A stretch of DNA of 64,000 nucleotides from Cyclobacteriaceae bacterium. GTDB lineage: Bacteria; Bacteroidota; Bacteroidia; Cytophagales; Cyclobacteriaceae. The position numbers were made by a program, and so were the translations under genes. The notes beneath the pieces are model-generated. The model did no database searches. It worked only from the letters and a program-made list of their open reading frames with translations, and was not told where the DNA came from. Each line of letters opens with the position of its first letter. The first letter of the stretch is position 1. The DNA is taken from contig DAIQOI010000004.1 of assembly GCA_036787955.1 (NCBI GenBank), positions 169,794 through 233,793 of the forward strand, written 5' to 3'. This document shows, piece by piece, positions 20,698 through 30,710 of the stretch.

Positions 20698-20863
20698 ATG
20701 AAGGTGAAAATACCCGAATAAATTCCACATATCCCAAAAAATAACCGAATAAGATCCTGATATTCCGTTTGTGGATAAATTTTTTTTCTGTCTTTTGACT
20801 GATGTGCACACTATTCTTCTAACTTCGGGTCGCCTAAAACCTTTCACTTAAACCTAAACACCT

Positions 20864-22249
20864 ATGCAGCTAAAACGCTTGTGTATGCTGTTGGTCCTGG
20901 GCGGACTGGCAGCCCTCTATTCTTGTGTGGATGAAAAGTCCCTTACCGAAGACACTTCCATCAGCAGGGGAAGCAACACCCCCCGCTATGTTCCGGGCGA
21001 AGTGTTGGTAAAATTCAAATCCGGTGCATCGGCCGGCTCGCGCTCCCGTTCCGAGGCTTTGGCCCTCATTGGCGGCGAAGTTCTGGAAAACATCACCACA
21101 CCGGCTATGGAAGCAGCCAGGCGCGGTGACACCGGTGATCTGTTGCTCGTTGCTTCCGCCCTTGAAACCATGGATGCCATCAACATCCTGAAAAATCACC
21201 CGGAAGTGGAGTATGCCGAACCGAACTGGATATACACCCACTTCGCTACTTCCAATGATCCGTATTACACGAATGGATCGCTGTGGGGCATGTATGGCGA
21301 TGCTACTTCACCTGCCAATCAGTATGGCAGCCAGGCCGGTGAAGCCTGGGCCGCAGGTAATATTGGCTCAAATACCGTATGGATCGGTATTATTGATGAA
21401 GGATACATGTACACGCACGAAGATCTTTCAGGCAACGTAGGCACCAACCCCGGCGAGATAGCCGGCAACGGTGTGGATGATGACGGAAATGGCTATGTGG
21501 ATGACGTATATGGCTGGGATTTTAACGGAAACAATAATACTGTATTCGATGGTACCAGTGATGATCACGGTACGCACGTGGCCGGAACCATTGGTGCCGT
21601 AGGGGGTAACAACAAAGGCGTAGTGGGTGTGGTTTGGAATGTAAAACTGATGAATGCCAAGTTTCTGGGTTCATCCGGTGGCACTACTGCCAATGCCATC
21701 AAAGCCGTTGACTACTTTACCGACCTGAAACAACGCCATGGTATCAACCTGGTAGCTACCAATAACTCGTGGGGCGGTGGCGGCTACTCGCAGGGATTGT
21801 ACGATGCCATCGAGCGTGCCAACCAGGCCGGCATCCTCTTTATAGCCGCAGCCGGCAACAGCACCAACGACAATGACGCCAATCCATCCTACCCCGCTTC
21901 TTATAGCAATTCCAATATCATCGCCGTGGCTTCCATCGACAGCAATGGTGCGCTGTCTAGTTTTTCCAACTGGGGCGCCACTTCAGTTGACCTCGGTGCA
22001 CCAGGCCGTGGAATCTGGTCAACCGTACCAAAAAGCTCCCGCGGTCGCATCGTGTCCGGCTATGCCAGCTACAGCGGCACATCCATGGCCACACCGCATG
22101 TAACGGGCGGAGCTGCACTTTATGCTGCCTCCCACCCGGGCGCCAGTGCCTCGCAGATAAAAAATGCCATCCTGAACAGCACCGTGCCCACTTCCTCACT
22201 CAGCGGTAAAACCGTAACGGGCGGACGGCTGAATGTAAGCGGATTCTGA
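20864..22249 (+). CDS. Subtilisin-like serine protease (peptidase S8) lipoprotein with an I9-like propeptide
   Basis: The catalytic motifs are IGIIDEG (Asp), HGTHVAGTIG (His) and GTSMATPHVTG (Ser). The N-terminus has a lipobox-like LAALYSC. I see no T9SS C-terminal domain. Confidence 0.9.
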   Translation: MQLKRLCMLLVLGGLAALYSCVDEKSLTEDTSISRGSNTPRYVPGEVLVKFKSGASAGSRSRSEALALIGGEVLENITTPAMEAARRGDTGDLLLVASALETMDAINILKNHPEVEYAEPNWIYTHFATSNDPYYTNGSLWGMYGDATSPANQYGSQAGEAWAAGNIGSNTVWIGIIDEGYMYTHEDLSGNVGTNPGEIAGNGVDDDGNGYVDDVYGWDFNGNNNTVFDGTSDDHGTHVAGTIGAVGGNNKGVVGVVWNVKLMNAKFLGSSGGTTANAIKAVDYFTDLKQRHGINLVATNNSWGGGGYSQGLYDAIERANQAGILFIAAAGNSTNDNDANPSYPASYSNSNIIAVASIDSNGALSSFSNWGATSVDLGAPGRGIWSTVPKSSRGRIVSGYASYSGTSMATPHVTGGAALYAASHPGASASQIKNAILNSTVPTSSLSGKTVTGGRLNVSGF

Positions 22250-22271
22250 TACGTATCTGCCTTTCCTGCTT

Positions 22272-22303
22272 AAAAGGGTTGCCATACCGGCAGCCCTTTT
22301 TTA
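22272..22303 (+). terminator. Intrinsic terminator after the S8 protease gene
   Basis: AAAAGGGTTGCC, a 5-nt loop, then GGCAGCCCTTTT (one G-U pair), followed by a T-run. Confidence 0.75.
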
Positions 22304-22312
22304 CTTTTAACC

Positions 22313-22600
22313 ATGTTTAAATTTATTTTCCCTGCCTTGCTCTCATTGACCTGGTGCAGTACCCCTGCCGATGAAGTAAAACTCTCGGGTATCGTCATAA
22401 AACCCGAAGTAACCCACTATATGTACGGTACGCACGCGCTGGAAGAAAACGGAAGCATCAGGGCTGCCCTGCAAAGCAACAGCCTTGACTTAGACGCTTT
22501 CCTGGGCAAAAAAGTGCGAATTACCGGTACCCGCGTACCGGGCTATCCACTAAGCGGAGGACCCGAGCTTGTAGAGGTACAAAAGGTTGAAATCAGATAA
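22313..22600 (+). CDS. Hypothetical small lipoprotein (95 aa)
   Basis: There is a signal/lipobox (LLSLTWC). The gene ends 9 nt before xdhC on the same strand. I recognise no family. Confidence 0.6.
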   Translation: MFKFIFPALLSLTWCSTPADEVKLSGIVIKPEVTHYMYGTHALEENGSIRAALQSNSLDLDAFLGKKVRITGTRVPGYPLSGGPELVEVQKVEIR

Positions 22601-22609
22601 CACCACATT

Positions 22610-23764
22610 ATGAAAGAGTTAAAGGCTATCGTACAGCATCACAGCAGTGATAAAAAAATGGCACTGGCTACCGTTGTGCGTGTACACGGCTCAGCCTATC
22701 GCAGTCCGGGTGCACGCATGCTCATATTTGAGGATGGCCGCTGGGTTGGTTCTATCAGTGGTGGCTGCCTGGAAGGGGATGCGCTGCGCAAGGCACGCAT
22801 TGTAATGAACGAAAAAAAACCTTTGCTGATTACCTACGACACCCGCGAAGAAAGCAATCAGCAACTCGGTATCGGTCTGGGCTGCAATGGTGTGATCGAT
22901 GTATTGCTGGAGCCGGTAATCCCATCCGACAAAAATAATCCCATAGCGGTTTTTCAACAGATAATCCGCTGTGATGAGCCGGTTGCACTGGCCACCGTGC
23001 TAACTGGCAGCGCCTGCAGCCGAAAAATGCTGATGTATGCGGACGGTACCTGCTGGTCGGATTTACCTGTGGATAACCTGCAACAAAACATTGGTTCGCT
23101 GCTTCAAACGCTCGCCACCCGGCAGAAAAGTTATGTTGCAAGCATCTGTGGCGAAGAAGTTTTTCTGGAATGGATAGAACCGGTTATTACCTTGCTTATT
23201 TTTGGAGGAGGCTTTGACGCACGGCCTGTTTGCGCTTTTGCCAAACAATTGGGCTGGAACGTACAGGTTACCGATGAGTGTGTTGCGCATATTGCACCGG
23301 CATTTTTTCCTCAGGCCGACAGGCTATCGTTGTGCCAGCGATCTTTCATTGACCGGGAGTTTAACATTACCCCCTATACAGCCTGTGTGCTCATGTCGCA
23401 CAACTTTGCATACGACCGCGATGTGCTGAAAAAAATTATCACATCTAAAACACCTTACATCGGCATCATAGGCCCGCGCAAACGTTTTGAAAAAATGCGC
23501 AGCGAACTTGAACAACAGGGTATCATGCTGACAGCAGATGACCTGCACCGCATCCATGCACCGGCAGGCCTGGACATAGGCGCAGAAACACCCGATGAAA
23601 TAGCCATCGCCCTGCTGGCCGAAATTCAGAGCAAATTTACCGGCCGATCAGGAGGGTTCCTGAAATACCGCTCAGGCCCCATTCATCACCGCGATCCAAA
23701 ATCGGATGAAGTATTCAGGCAGGTGTTGCTCAATGATGCTTTGCCTAAAACCGGTTCGGTGTGA
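22610..23764 (+). CDS. xdhC: XdhC/CoxI family molybdenum-cofactor insertion chaperone
   Basis: The N-domain motif is ALATVVRVHGSAYRSPGARMLI...GSISGGCLE. A C-terminal Rossmann-like domain is present (LLIFGGGFDARPV). Confidence 0.85.
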   Translation: MKELKAIVQHHSSDKKMALATVVRVHGSAYRSPGARMLIFEDGRWVGSISGGCLEGDALRKARIVMNEKKPLLITYDTREESNQQLGIGLGCNGVIDVLLEPVIPSDKNNPIAVFQQIIRCDEPVALATVLTGSACSRKMLMYADGTCWSDLPVDNLQQNIGSLLQTLATRQKSYVASICGEEVFLEWIEPVITLLIFGGGFDARPVCAFAKQLGWNVQVTDECVAHIAPAFFPQADRLSLCQRSFIDREFNITPYTACVLMSHNFAYDRDVLKKIITSKTPYIGIIGPRKRFEKMRSELEQQGIMLTADDLHRIHAPAGLDIGAETPDEIAIALLAEIQSKFTGRSGGFLKYRSGPIHHRDPKSDEVFRQVLLNDALPKTGSV

Positions 23765-24363
23765 TATCAAATCCGGAAGTAGTAATTGTGATACTTGCAG
23801 CGGGGGCATCTTCGCGCCTGGGAAAGCCTAAACAGCTTATCAACTGGCAGGGCGAGCCTTTACTCAGACTAATGGTTCGCAGGGCCCTGCAAACGTCTGC
23901 CAAAAACGTGCTGGTTGTACTGGGTGCTTATGCCGGACAGATTGTCCCTATCCTTGCCGGTCAACCTGTCCATGTAACCATCAACACACAATGGTCCATC
24001 GGCATGGGCAGTTCCATCCGGCATGCCATACAGTTCATAAAGCAGCATTTTACGAAAACAGAAGCTGTAATTCTTATGGTGTGCGACCAGCCCTTTCTTA
24101 CAACTGAGCACCTACAGCAATTAATTAACCACTACCATCGCCACGGCCCGCCTGTTGTTGCATCGTTTTACAACGGCATTGCCGGCGTGCCGGCTTTATT
24201 TGACAGAACATGGTTTGATGCACTCTTGCAACTTCAGCCTGGTGAAGGAGCCGGGAAAATCATCCGCAGTTCAGCACAAACAGCAACTGTTGATTTCCCG
24301 GAAGGGAAATATGACATTGACACCTCAGCCGACTTAAGCGAACTTGAAAAGCGGCCCGTTTAG
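23761..24363 (+). CDS. MobA-like NTP transferase, probably molybdenum cofactor cytidylyltransferase (MocA type)
   Basis: The N-terminus is ILAAGASSRLGKPKQL. The GTG start overlaps the xdhC stop (GTGA). Confidence 0.75.
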   Translation: MISNPEVVIVILAAGASSRLGKPKQLINWQGEPLLRLMVRRALQTSAKNVLVVLGAYAGQIVPILAGQPVHVTINTQWSIGMGSSIRHAIQFIKQHFTKTEAVILMVCDQPFLTTEHLQQLINHYHRHGPPVVASFYNGIAGVPALFDRTWFDALLQLQPGEGAGKIIRSSAQTATVDFPEGKYDIDTSADLSELEKRPV

Positions 24364-24376
24364 AACCGCCTTCGGA

Positions 24377-25195
24377 TCATTGTCCGCAGTACTGACGCAG
24401 GGCATTTTGCGCTCGTTGATATCCGAGCTGGACGGCATTTCGTAAATCATTGCATCCGTTAACCTGGTTTCCAAGATTCAGATAGCTGATACCCCGTTCG
24501 TAATAGGCACTTGCGTTTGACGGATCGAGCGACAATGCCTTCGAATAATCGTTAATGGCCTCCATGTATTTTTTTTGCATCAGGTACAATTTGCCGCGAT
24601 TATAAAAGCCATCGGCATAATCAGGTTTAACGCTCACAGATTTTCCCAGATCTTCCATTGCACGAGTTGTATTACCAGAGTAATAGTAAGCAATTCCCCG
24701 GTTCAGATAAGGCTCAGGCTTAGAAGCATCTATTTCAATGGCCCTGGTGAAATCAGAAATGGCATCGGCATAGCGTTCCAGTTCCATATACGTGTTGCCA
24801 CGATTATAAAATGCTTCATGGTAACGGTTATCCAGCTCTACCGCTTTTGAAAAATCATTAATCGCTTCGCTCGGGCGGCCCAGCTCTGCGTACACATTTC
24901 CACGAAGATAGTAAGCCTGTGCATCGGTGGCATTCAGCTGGATGGCTCTGTTCAGGTCATTTAGGGCTTCAAAGGGTCTGCCCAATTCGGTATGTGCCAG
25001 TCCGCGGAATTTATACGCCCTATATGAGTTGGCATTTATTTTAATCGCTTCGTCATAAGCCCGAATGGCTTCCTGGAGTTTACCGTCATTGCCCAACTGA
25101 TTACCTTTGGCAATCCATTCATCTTCCTTCTGTGCAACAGCGGGCGCTGTCAACAGGTAAAGGATAGCGGTAAATACGGCCACTGTATTGTTCAT
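24377..25195 (-). CDS. Secreted TPR repeat protein (272 aa)
   Basis: A signal peptide is followed by about seven canonical TPR units (AYYLRGNVYAELGRPSEAINDFSKAVELD and similar). Confidence 0.85.
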   Translation of the reverse strand: MNNTVAVFTAILYLLTAPAVAQKEDEWIAKGNQLGNDGKLQEAIRAYDEAIKINANSYRAYKFRGLAHTELGRPFEALNDLNRAIQLNATDAQAYYLRGNVYAELGRPSEAINDFSKAVELDNRYHEAFYNRGNTYMELERYADAISDFTRAIEIDASKPEPYLNRGIAYYYSGNTTRAMEDLGKSVSVKPDYADGFYNRGKLYLMQKKYMEAINDYSKALSLDPSNASAYYERGISYLNLGNQVNGCNDLRNAVQLGYQRAQNALRQYCGQ

Positions 25196-25294
25196 ATTAA
25201 TTTTTCATTTTTTCCGAAAAGTCATCATTCCTATCCCACTACTGAATACCCGAAAAAAGGTGAATTGTTCTTCAAAAACCGTTAGCCTTAAATC

Positions 25295-27448
25295 ATGTCG
25301 TTACAAACCCTGCTGCTATTATCTTTGGCACGTATGAACAGGTTGCTGAGCCCCGTTTTTTTGTTGGCCTTTTATCTGGCACAGGCCAATCACTATCAGC
25401 TTTTTGAAGAGAACGGAAAAACCGGAATGAAAGATCAGAGCGGCAAGGTGATCATCCCGGCCCGGTATGAGGCGTTGGGTTGGAGCAACGGTTCGTTCTC
25501 GGTTATTCAGGGATCAACCGGATACAAGGTCAGCAATCGCTGGGGGCTGATCCATATCAGCAACCGCATCATCACCCCTGCCGAATTTGTGGAATTGCTT
25601 CCTGCAGAAAATGATTTGCTGCTGGCGGCCCGGCAAAATCAGGTTACCCTGCAGATTACGCGCGGCTGTCTTACCCCTTCCGGCAAAATTATCTTGCCCT
25701 TCGTTTATGCAGGCATCCGGATACATGGACTCAGGGCCATAACCTACTCGGTGCATGCTGACAACCAGCTCCGCTATGGCCTGACGGACCTTCGGCACCG
25801 CACCATACTGCCAGCCAGCTATGCGCACATCTATCCGCTCGGCAACCTTCGCTTTGCGGTGCAAAACACCCACGGAAAAATCGCCTTGTTCACCGAAAAT
25901 GGTCAGGCATTGACGGATTTTGTTATTGACAGCATCTCAGTGTTTCATGCCGACCGTGCGGTGTTTTACCAAAACGGCCGGCAGGGGTTAATCAACCGCA
26001 ACGGTGAAATAATTGTGCCGGCAAAATACCGTAAAATAACCTGGAACGGCACTGCATGGACCGGACACCTTCCTGACAAGTGGTATGTAATCACTCCACA
26101 AAACCAGACAGAACATCAAACCGAAGCCGACAGCATCATGGCACTGCCAGACGGAAATCTGGCTCTGCTGTTACCCAACCAGGTTCAGCTTACCGATAAC
26201 CGCATGCAACCACTTCATCAACCTTTTGCTGCCACCGGCATTCACAAAGTCATTTCCAATAACCTGCTGATCTTTCGTGCGGGAAACCGGTTTGGTGTGA
26301 TACGTACCGATGGTTTGGTTATACTGCCTGCCGTGTTCAGTTCAGTTACACCGGCCCACGGGCTTTTGCTGGCGCAAACCCAAACCATGGGCAGGAAACA
26401 ATGGTGTTTGTACGATTTGCATGGCCGGCGTGTCAGCAATACTTACGATTACATCGAGCCGATTCCGGGCGAATTTTTCCGTGTCGGCAAGAACCGCAAC
26501 GAAGGGCTTCTGAACAACAGCGGGGCTGAAATTTTACCTTGTGTATATGAACGGATTCTGGAGTGTAAGCATGATCAGGCATCTGTACAGTTCCTTAATC
26601 AGTACGGTATTGTAACCCTGCAGGATAAGTGGCTGGTTACACCCCAACCCAACCCGCTGAAACTTCTCGGCCCCCATACCTACCTGGAACGGGAAGGAAA
26701 TATTACCTGGCTGAAAAACTTTTCCGGCACTGCCCTGTATTTCACTACCAATCCGGTCACGCAGCAGGGCGACCATCTTATTGAAGAAACCTCTTCCGGG
26801 GGCAGGTGGACCATCAGCATGGAAGGTCGCATCGTAAATCGCGAAATGCCGGCCACACAACAGGCAGAGTGGACGGGCCCTTCCAGCGAAGGTTATAGAC
26901 CGGTACGCAGAAACGGACGGTATGGGTTTATTAACGAAGATGGCCTGCTGATGATCCCCAACCGGTATGAAGATGTAATGCCCTTCAGCGAAGACAGGGC
27001 TGGCATAAAAATCAGAAACAAGTGGGGATTTATTGATCATACTGACCGCATCGTAGTACAACCCGTTTATGATAAAGCCCTGCCATTTACCAATGGTCTG
27101 TCGAAAGTGAGTCAGAAAAACAAATGGGGTATGATTGACAGAGAAGGAAAAATAGTGGTGCAGGTGCGTTACGATTCCGTGCAGGTACTTACATCCGGCA
27201 GGGTTTTGATACAAGCAGATGGTTATTTCGGCCTGGCCGATTTAGACGGGCATATCCTGCTTCATACCAAGTACGATGAAATAACCGACCTGAACAACGA
27301 CATGGTTATCGTAAAACAAAATGGTAAATATGGTGTGGTGGATGTGCGCGGTGTAGCCGTTATTCCGCTTAACTACGATTACTTGTTCTATCACCCGAGC
27401 GCACAACGGTTCCTTGGCTGCCTCAAGGGGAGCAGGGAAAGGCTATGA
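25295..27448 (+). CDS. WG-repeat (KWG-type) protein, about 700 aa
   Basis: There are many degenerate units of roughly 35-40 aa, such as KWGFIDHTDRIVVQPVYD, KWGMIDREGKIVVQVRYD and GKYGVVDVRGVAVIPLNYD. An alternative start at 25334 (MNRLLSPVFLLAFYLAQA) gives a cleaner signal peptide. Confidence 0.8.
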   Translation: MSLQTLLLLSLARMNRLLSPVFLLAFYLAQANHYQLFEENGKTGMKDQSGKVIIPARYEALGWSNGSFSVIQGSTGYKVSNRWGLIHISNRIITPAEFVELLPAENDLLLAARQNQVTLQITRGCLTPSGKIILPFVYAGIRIHGLRAITYSVHADNQLRYGLTDLRHRTILPASYAHIYPLGNLRFAVQNTHGKIALFTENGQALTDFVIDSISVFHADRAVFYQNGRQGLINRNGEIIVPAKYRKITWNGTAWTGHLPDKWYVITPQNQTEHQTEADSIMALPDGNLALLLPNQVQLTDNRMQPLHQPFAATGIHKVISNNLLIFRAGNRFGVIRTDGLVILPAVFSSVTPAHGLLLAQTQTMGRKQWCLYDLHGRRVSNTYDYIEPIPGEFFRVGKNRNEGLLNNSGAEILPCVYERILECKHDQASVQFLNQYGIVTLQDKWLVTPQPNPLKLLGPHTYLEREGNITWLKNFSGTALYFTTNPVTQQGDHLIEETSSGGRWTISMEGRIVNREMPATQQAEWTGPSSEGYRPVRRNGRYGFINEDGLLMIPNRYEDVMPFSEDRAGIKIRNKWGFIDHTDRIVVQPVYDKALPFTNGLSKVSQKNKWGMIDREGKIVVQVRYDSVQVLTSGRVLIQADGYFGLADLDGHILLHTKYDEITDLNNDMVIVKQNGKYGVVDVRGVAVIPLNYDYLFYHPSAQRFLGCLKGSRERL

Positions 27449-27474
27449 AAAAAGGGCCGCTGTGGCCCTTTTTT
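27448..27474. terminator. Bidirectional intrinsic terminator between the WG-repeat gene and floA
   Basis: AAAAAAGGGCC, a 5-nt loop, then GGCCCTTTTTT, between convergent stops at 27448 and 27485. Confidence 0.8.
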
Positions 27475-27484
27475 CATACAACGC

Positions 27485-28483
27485 TTAATCTTTTTTAGGA
27501 GGGGTAGGTCCTTGTCCTTTACTCGAGTCGGATATGGCCTGGCGCATGCCGGTATCTGCCTGAATGTTTTGCATGCGGTAATAATCCATTACCCCCAGAT
27601 TTCCGCTGCGGAAGGCATCGGCAATGGCTTTGGGTATTTCGGCTTCCGCCTGAATCACATTGGCACGCGCTTCCTGTGCTTTGGCCTTCATTTCCTGTTC
27701 CAGGGCCACGGCCATGGCCCTGCGCTCTTCGGCTTTGGCTTCTGCCACTTTCAAATCGGCCGATGCCTGATCAATCTGCAACTTGGCACCGATGTTGGCA
27801 CCTACATCCACATCGGCTATGTCGATGGACAAAATCTGGAAAGCCGTGCCGGCATCCAGACCGCGCGAAAGCACCACCTTGGAAATCTTATCGGGATTTT
27901 CGAGCACCTCTTTATGTGAGCGGGCTGAGCCAATGGCGGTAACAATACCTTCGCCTACGCGTGCCAGGATCGTATCCTCGCCTGCACCGCCTACCAGTTG
28001 CTGTATGTTGGCCCGCACTGTAACACGGGCAATGGCAATTAGCTGAATGCCATCAGCGGCCACTGCCGCCACCTTGGGTGTGGTGATTACTTTCGGATTG
28101 ACAGAAATCTGCACTGCCTCAAACACATCGCGTCCGGCCAGGTCGATAGCCGTAGCTTGTTTAAAATCGAGGTGAATGTTCGCCTTTTCGGCCGAAATAA
28201 GTGCCCGGATTACATTGGGCACATTACCCCCTGCCAGGTAGTGCGTTTCCAGATCGGTAGAAGTAAGTTTTAGTCCGGCTTTGGTTGCGGTAATCAATGA
28301 CTCTACTATAACCCGGGGAGGTACTTTACGGATACGCATGAATACCAGTTCGAACAGCCCCACCCGCACACCGCTGAACAGGGCGGTGATCCACAGGTTA
28401 ATGGGTACAAAATAGAGGAATACGAAAAACAGAATAATGGCCGCGAAGACCATGAAAAGCAATGCTGCACCTTGAAGTTCCAT
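27485..28483 (-). CDS. floA: Flotillin-like protein FloA (SPFH domain, YqfA/UPF0365 family)
   Basis: The N-terminal membrane hairpin with [31 protein letters not shown], plus an Ala/Glu-rich coiled coil, matches the FloA family. Confidence 0.85.
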   Translation of the reverse strand: MELQGAALLFMVFAAIILFFVFLYFVPINLWITALFSGVRVGLFELVFMRIRKVPPRVIVESLITATKAGLKLTSTDLETHYLAGGNVPNVIRALISAEKANIHLDFKQATAIDLAGRDVFEAVQISVNPKVITTPKVAAVAADGIQLIAIARVTVRANIQQLVGGAGEDTILARVGEGIVTAIGSARSHKEVLENPDKISKVVLSRGLDAGTAFQILSIDIADVDVGANIGAKLQIDQASADLKVAEAKAEERRAMAVALEQEMKAKAQEARANVIQAEAEIPKAIADAFRSGNLGVMDYYRMQNIQADTGMRQAISDSSKGQGPTPPKKD

Positions 28484-28537
28484 AATCAGTTTGAGGTTTT
28501 TGAGGGTTTATTATTAAATGTCGTTAGGCTGGATAAA

Positions 28538-29002
28538 TTACCCAACAGGCTCTACCACAATCAGTTGCCCCCGCACCTGCACAATCCGAATGCGGCTGCC
28601 TGCTGCAAGATAGTCGCCATGCGTAGTTACTTCCAATATTTTCCCGTCAAATTCTGCAGAGCCGGCCGGGCGCAAAGCCGAAACTGCAACGCCTTCTGCA
28701 CCTGGCTTTAACGATTCGGTCATCCCCTCGTTAACACGGCTTTCAATGCTTTTATTTAGGGAAAACTTTTTCCATGCACCCTTGCGAAAACTCCAGTACA
28801 AGGCAAAAACAAAGGCTGAAAGCGACAACAGCAATACATAAAAGCCTGTTTCCGATCCATACTGACTGTAGCTGAATGATACACCGGCTATCAGGAAGAT
28901 GAGCCCCAGCAACCCTACCACGGTTGTGCCCGGAATGAAAATCACTTCGATAATCAATAAAATGATTCCTGAAATAATTAAGGCGGCAATAACCCAGGCC
29001 AT
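28538..29002 (-). CDS. NfeD family membrane protein (short form)
   Basis: Three N-terminal TM helices are followed by a C-terminal OB-fold-like segment (GVAVSALRPAGSAEFDGKILEVTTHGDYL). It lies upstream of floA, as in known NfeD-SPFH operons. Confidence 0.8.
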   Translation of the reverse strand: MAWVIAALIISGIILLIIEVIFIPGTTVVGLLGLIFLIAGVSFSYSQYGSETGFYVLLLSLSAFVFALYWSFRKGAWKKFSLNKSIESRVNEGMTESLKPGAEGVAVSALRPAGSAEFDGKILEVTTHGDYLAAGSRIRIVQVRGQLIVVEPVG

Positions 29003-29070
29003 AAACTTTAATAGGCTATAAAGCTAATGAAATTCAAATGATGTATTGCACGGGGCAAGGCCACTTCCTT

Positions 29071-30546
29071 TCAGTAAGCCCTTGCAAACAGCACCCTTCT
29101 GGAAGACGGTTTGCCGGAATACACACAATTGCCCTTCTCTTCCGTTGCATTCAGCGGAATGCACCGAATGGTGGCTTTGGTTTCTTCCTTTATGGCAGCC
29201 TCCGTTTCTTTAGTGCCATCCCAATGCGCTTCAATAAAACCGCCCTTTTCTTCCAGCACCCGTTTAAACTCTTCAAAGGATTCTACACGGGTGGTCATTT
29301 GTTTACGGAAATCCAGTGCCTTGCGGTAAATGTTCTTCTGAATCTCATCGAGCAGCACCAGCGTATCTACCACCACCTGTTCCATGCCGATGACCTGCTT
29401 TTCCCTGGTGTCTCTTCGTGCAACTTCAACGGTGCCTTGTTCAAGATCCCGCGGACCAACAGTAAGCCTTACCGGCACACCTTTCAGTTCCCATTCGGCA
29501 AATTTAAAGCCCGGCTTTTGTGTGTCGCGGTCGTCAAATTTTACAGCAACACCCTGTTTCCGGTAATCCTTTATCAGCTGCTCAGCACGGCTGCGTATGG
29601 CATTCAGTTCTTCTTCATTTTTAAATACCGGTACAATCACCACCTGAACCGGTGCCAGCTTGGGGGGCAGAATAAGCCCGTCATCATCGGAATGGGCCAT
29701 GATCAGTGCGCCCATCAAACGCGTACTAACCCCCCATGAAGTGCCCCATACATAATCCAGCTTACCTTCTTTTGTGGCAAACTGCACATCAAAGGCTTTG
29801 GCAAAGTTCTGACCCAGAAAATGCGAGGTGCCGGCCTGCAGGGCTTTGCCATCCTGCATCAGCGCTTCGATGCAATAGGTATCAACCGCACCGGGAAATT
29901 TCTCCCCTTCCGATTTTTTACCTTTTATTACCGGCAGTGCCATAAAGCTCTCGGCAAAGTCGGCATAAACATCCAGCATCTGCAGGGTTTCCTTTACAGC
30001 CTCCTCGGCAGTGGCATGTGCCGTATGGCCCTCCTGCCACAGAAATTCCGCTGTGCGCAGGAACAAACGCGTGCGCATTTCCCAGCGCACCACATTTGCC
30101 CACTGATTGATGAGGATGGGCAAATCGCGGTAAGATTGTATCCACTTTTTATAGGAGTTCCAGATGATGGTTTCAGAAGTGGGACGGACAATCAGCTCTT
30201 CTTCCAGCTTCGATTCCGGATCTACCATTACTCCTTTGCCATCGGGTGAATTTTTCAGGCGATAATGCGTAACGATGGCGCATTCCTTGGCAAAGCCTTC
30301 CACATGACTGGCTTCGCGCGCCAGAAAAGATTTGGGCACAAACAGCGGGAAATATGCATTGACATGGCCGGTTTCCTTAAACATTCTATCCAGCGCCTGC
30401 TGCATCTTTTCCCAGATGCTGTAACCATAAGGTTTTATTACCATGCAGCCACGCACATCGGAATGCTCGGCCAGATCGGCCTTTCTTACTAACTCATTGT
30501 ACCACAGTGAATAATCTTCACTGCGGCTCGGTATTGCCTTAGCCAT
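29071..30546 (-). CDS. proS: Proline--tRNA ligase (archaeal/eukaryote-like type)
   Basis: The motifs [13 protein letters not shown], class II motifs 2 and 3 and the C-terminal ...RVLFARAY are present. The length is 491 aa. Confidence 0.95.
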   Translation of the reverse strand: MAKAIPSRSEDYSLWYNELVRKADLAEHSDVRGCMVIKPYGYSIWEKMQQALDRMFKETGHVNAYFPLFVPKSFLAREASHVEGFAKECAIVTHYRLKNSPDGKGVMVDPESKLEEELIVRPTSETIIWNSYKKWIQSYRDLPILINQWANVVRWEMRTRLFLRTAEFLWQEGHTAHATAEEAVKETLQMLDVYADFAESFMALPVIKGKKSEGEKFPGAVDTYCIEALMQDGKALQAGTSHFLGQNFAKAFDVQFATKEGKLDYVWGTSWGVSTRLMGALIMAHSDDDGLILPPKLAPVQVVIVPVFKNEEELNAIRSRAEQLIKDYRKQGVAVKFDDRDTQKPGFKFAEWELKGVPVRLTVGPRDLEQGTVEVARRDTREKQVIGMEQVVVDTLVLLDEIQKNIYRKALDFRKQMTTRVESFEEFKRVLEEKGGFIEAHWDGTKETEAAIKEETKATIRCIPLNATEEKGNCVYSGKPSSRRVLFARAY

Positions 30547-30584
30547 TTCCGGTATAATTCTTGTTCAACAGGTAAATAGTCCGG

Positions 30585-30592
30585 CAAATATA
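30585..30592 (-). promoter_or_regulatory. Candidate -7 box (TAnnTTTG) for proS
   Basis: The minus strand reads TATATTTG, 38 nt upstream of the start at 30546. Confidence 0.45.
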
Positions 30593-30710
30593 GGAGATGT
30601 GGGATCGGAGTAAAGAAAAAGAGGCCTGTTTGCCGGAAAAATCGTAGTTTTAATGAAAACTTTTGCGCTGTTGCACGTTATACTAATTACAGACTAAACC
30701 GGGAAATGCC

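Noticed and set aside
26534-27214. A 226-aa minus-strand ORF.
   Set aside because: It is antisense to the WG-repeat gene, whose repeat structure clearly defines the true frame.
29038-29739. A 233-aa plus-strand ORF.
   Set aside because: It is antisense to proS, which has unambiguous class II synthetase motifs.
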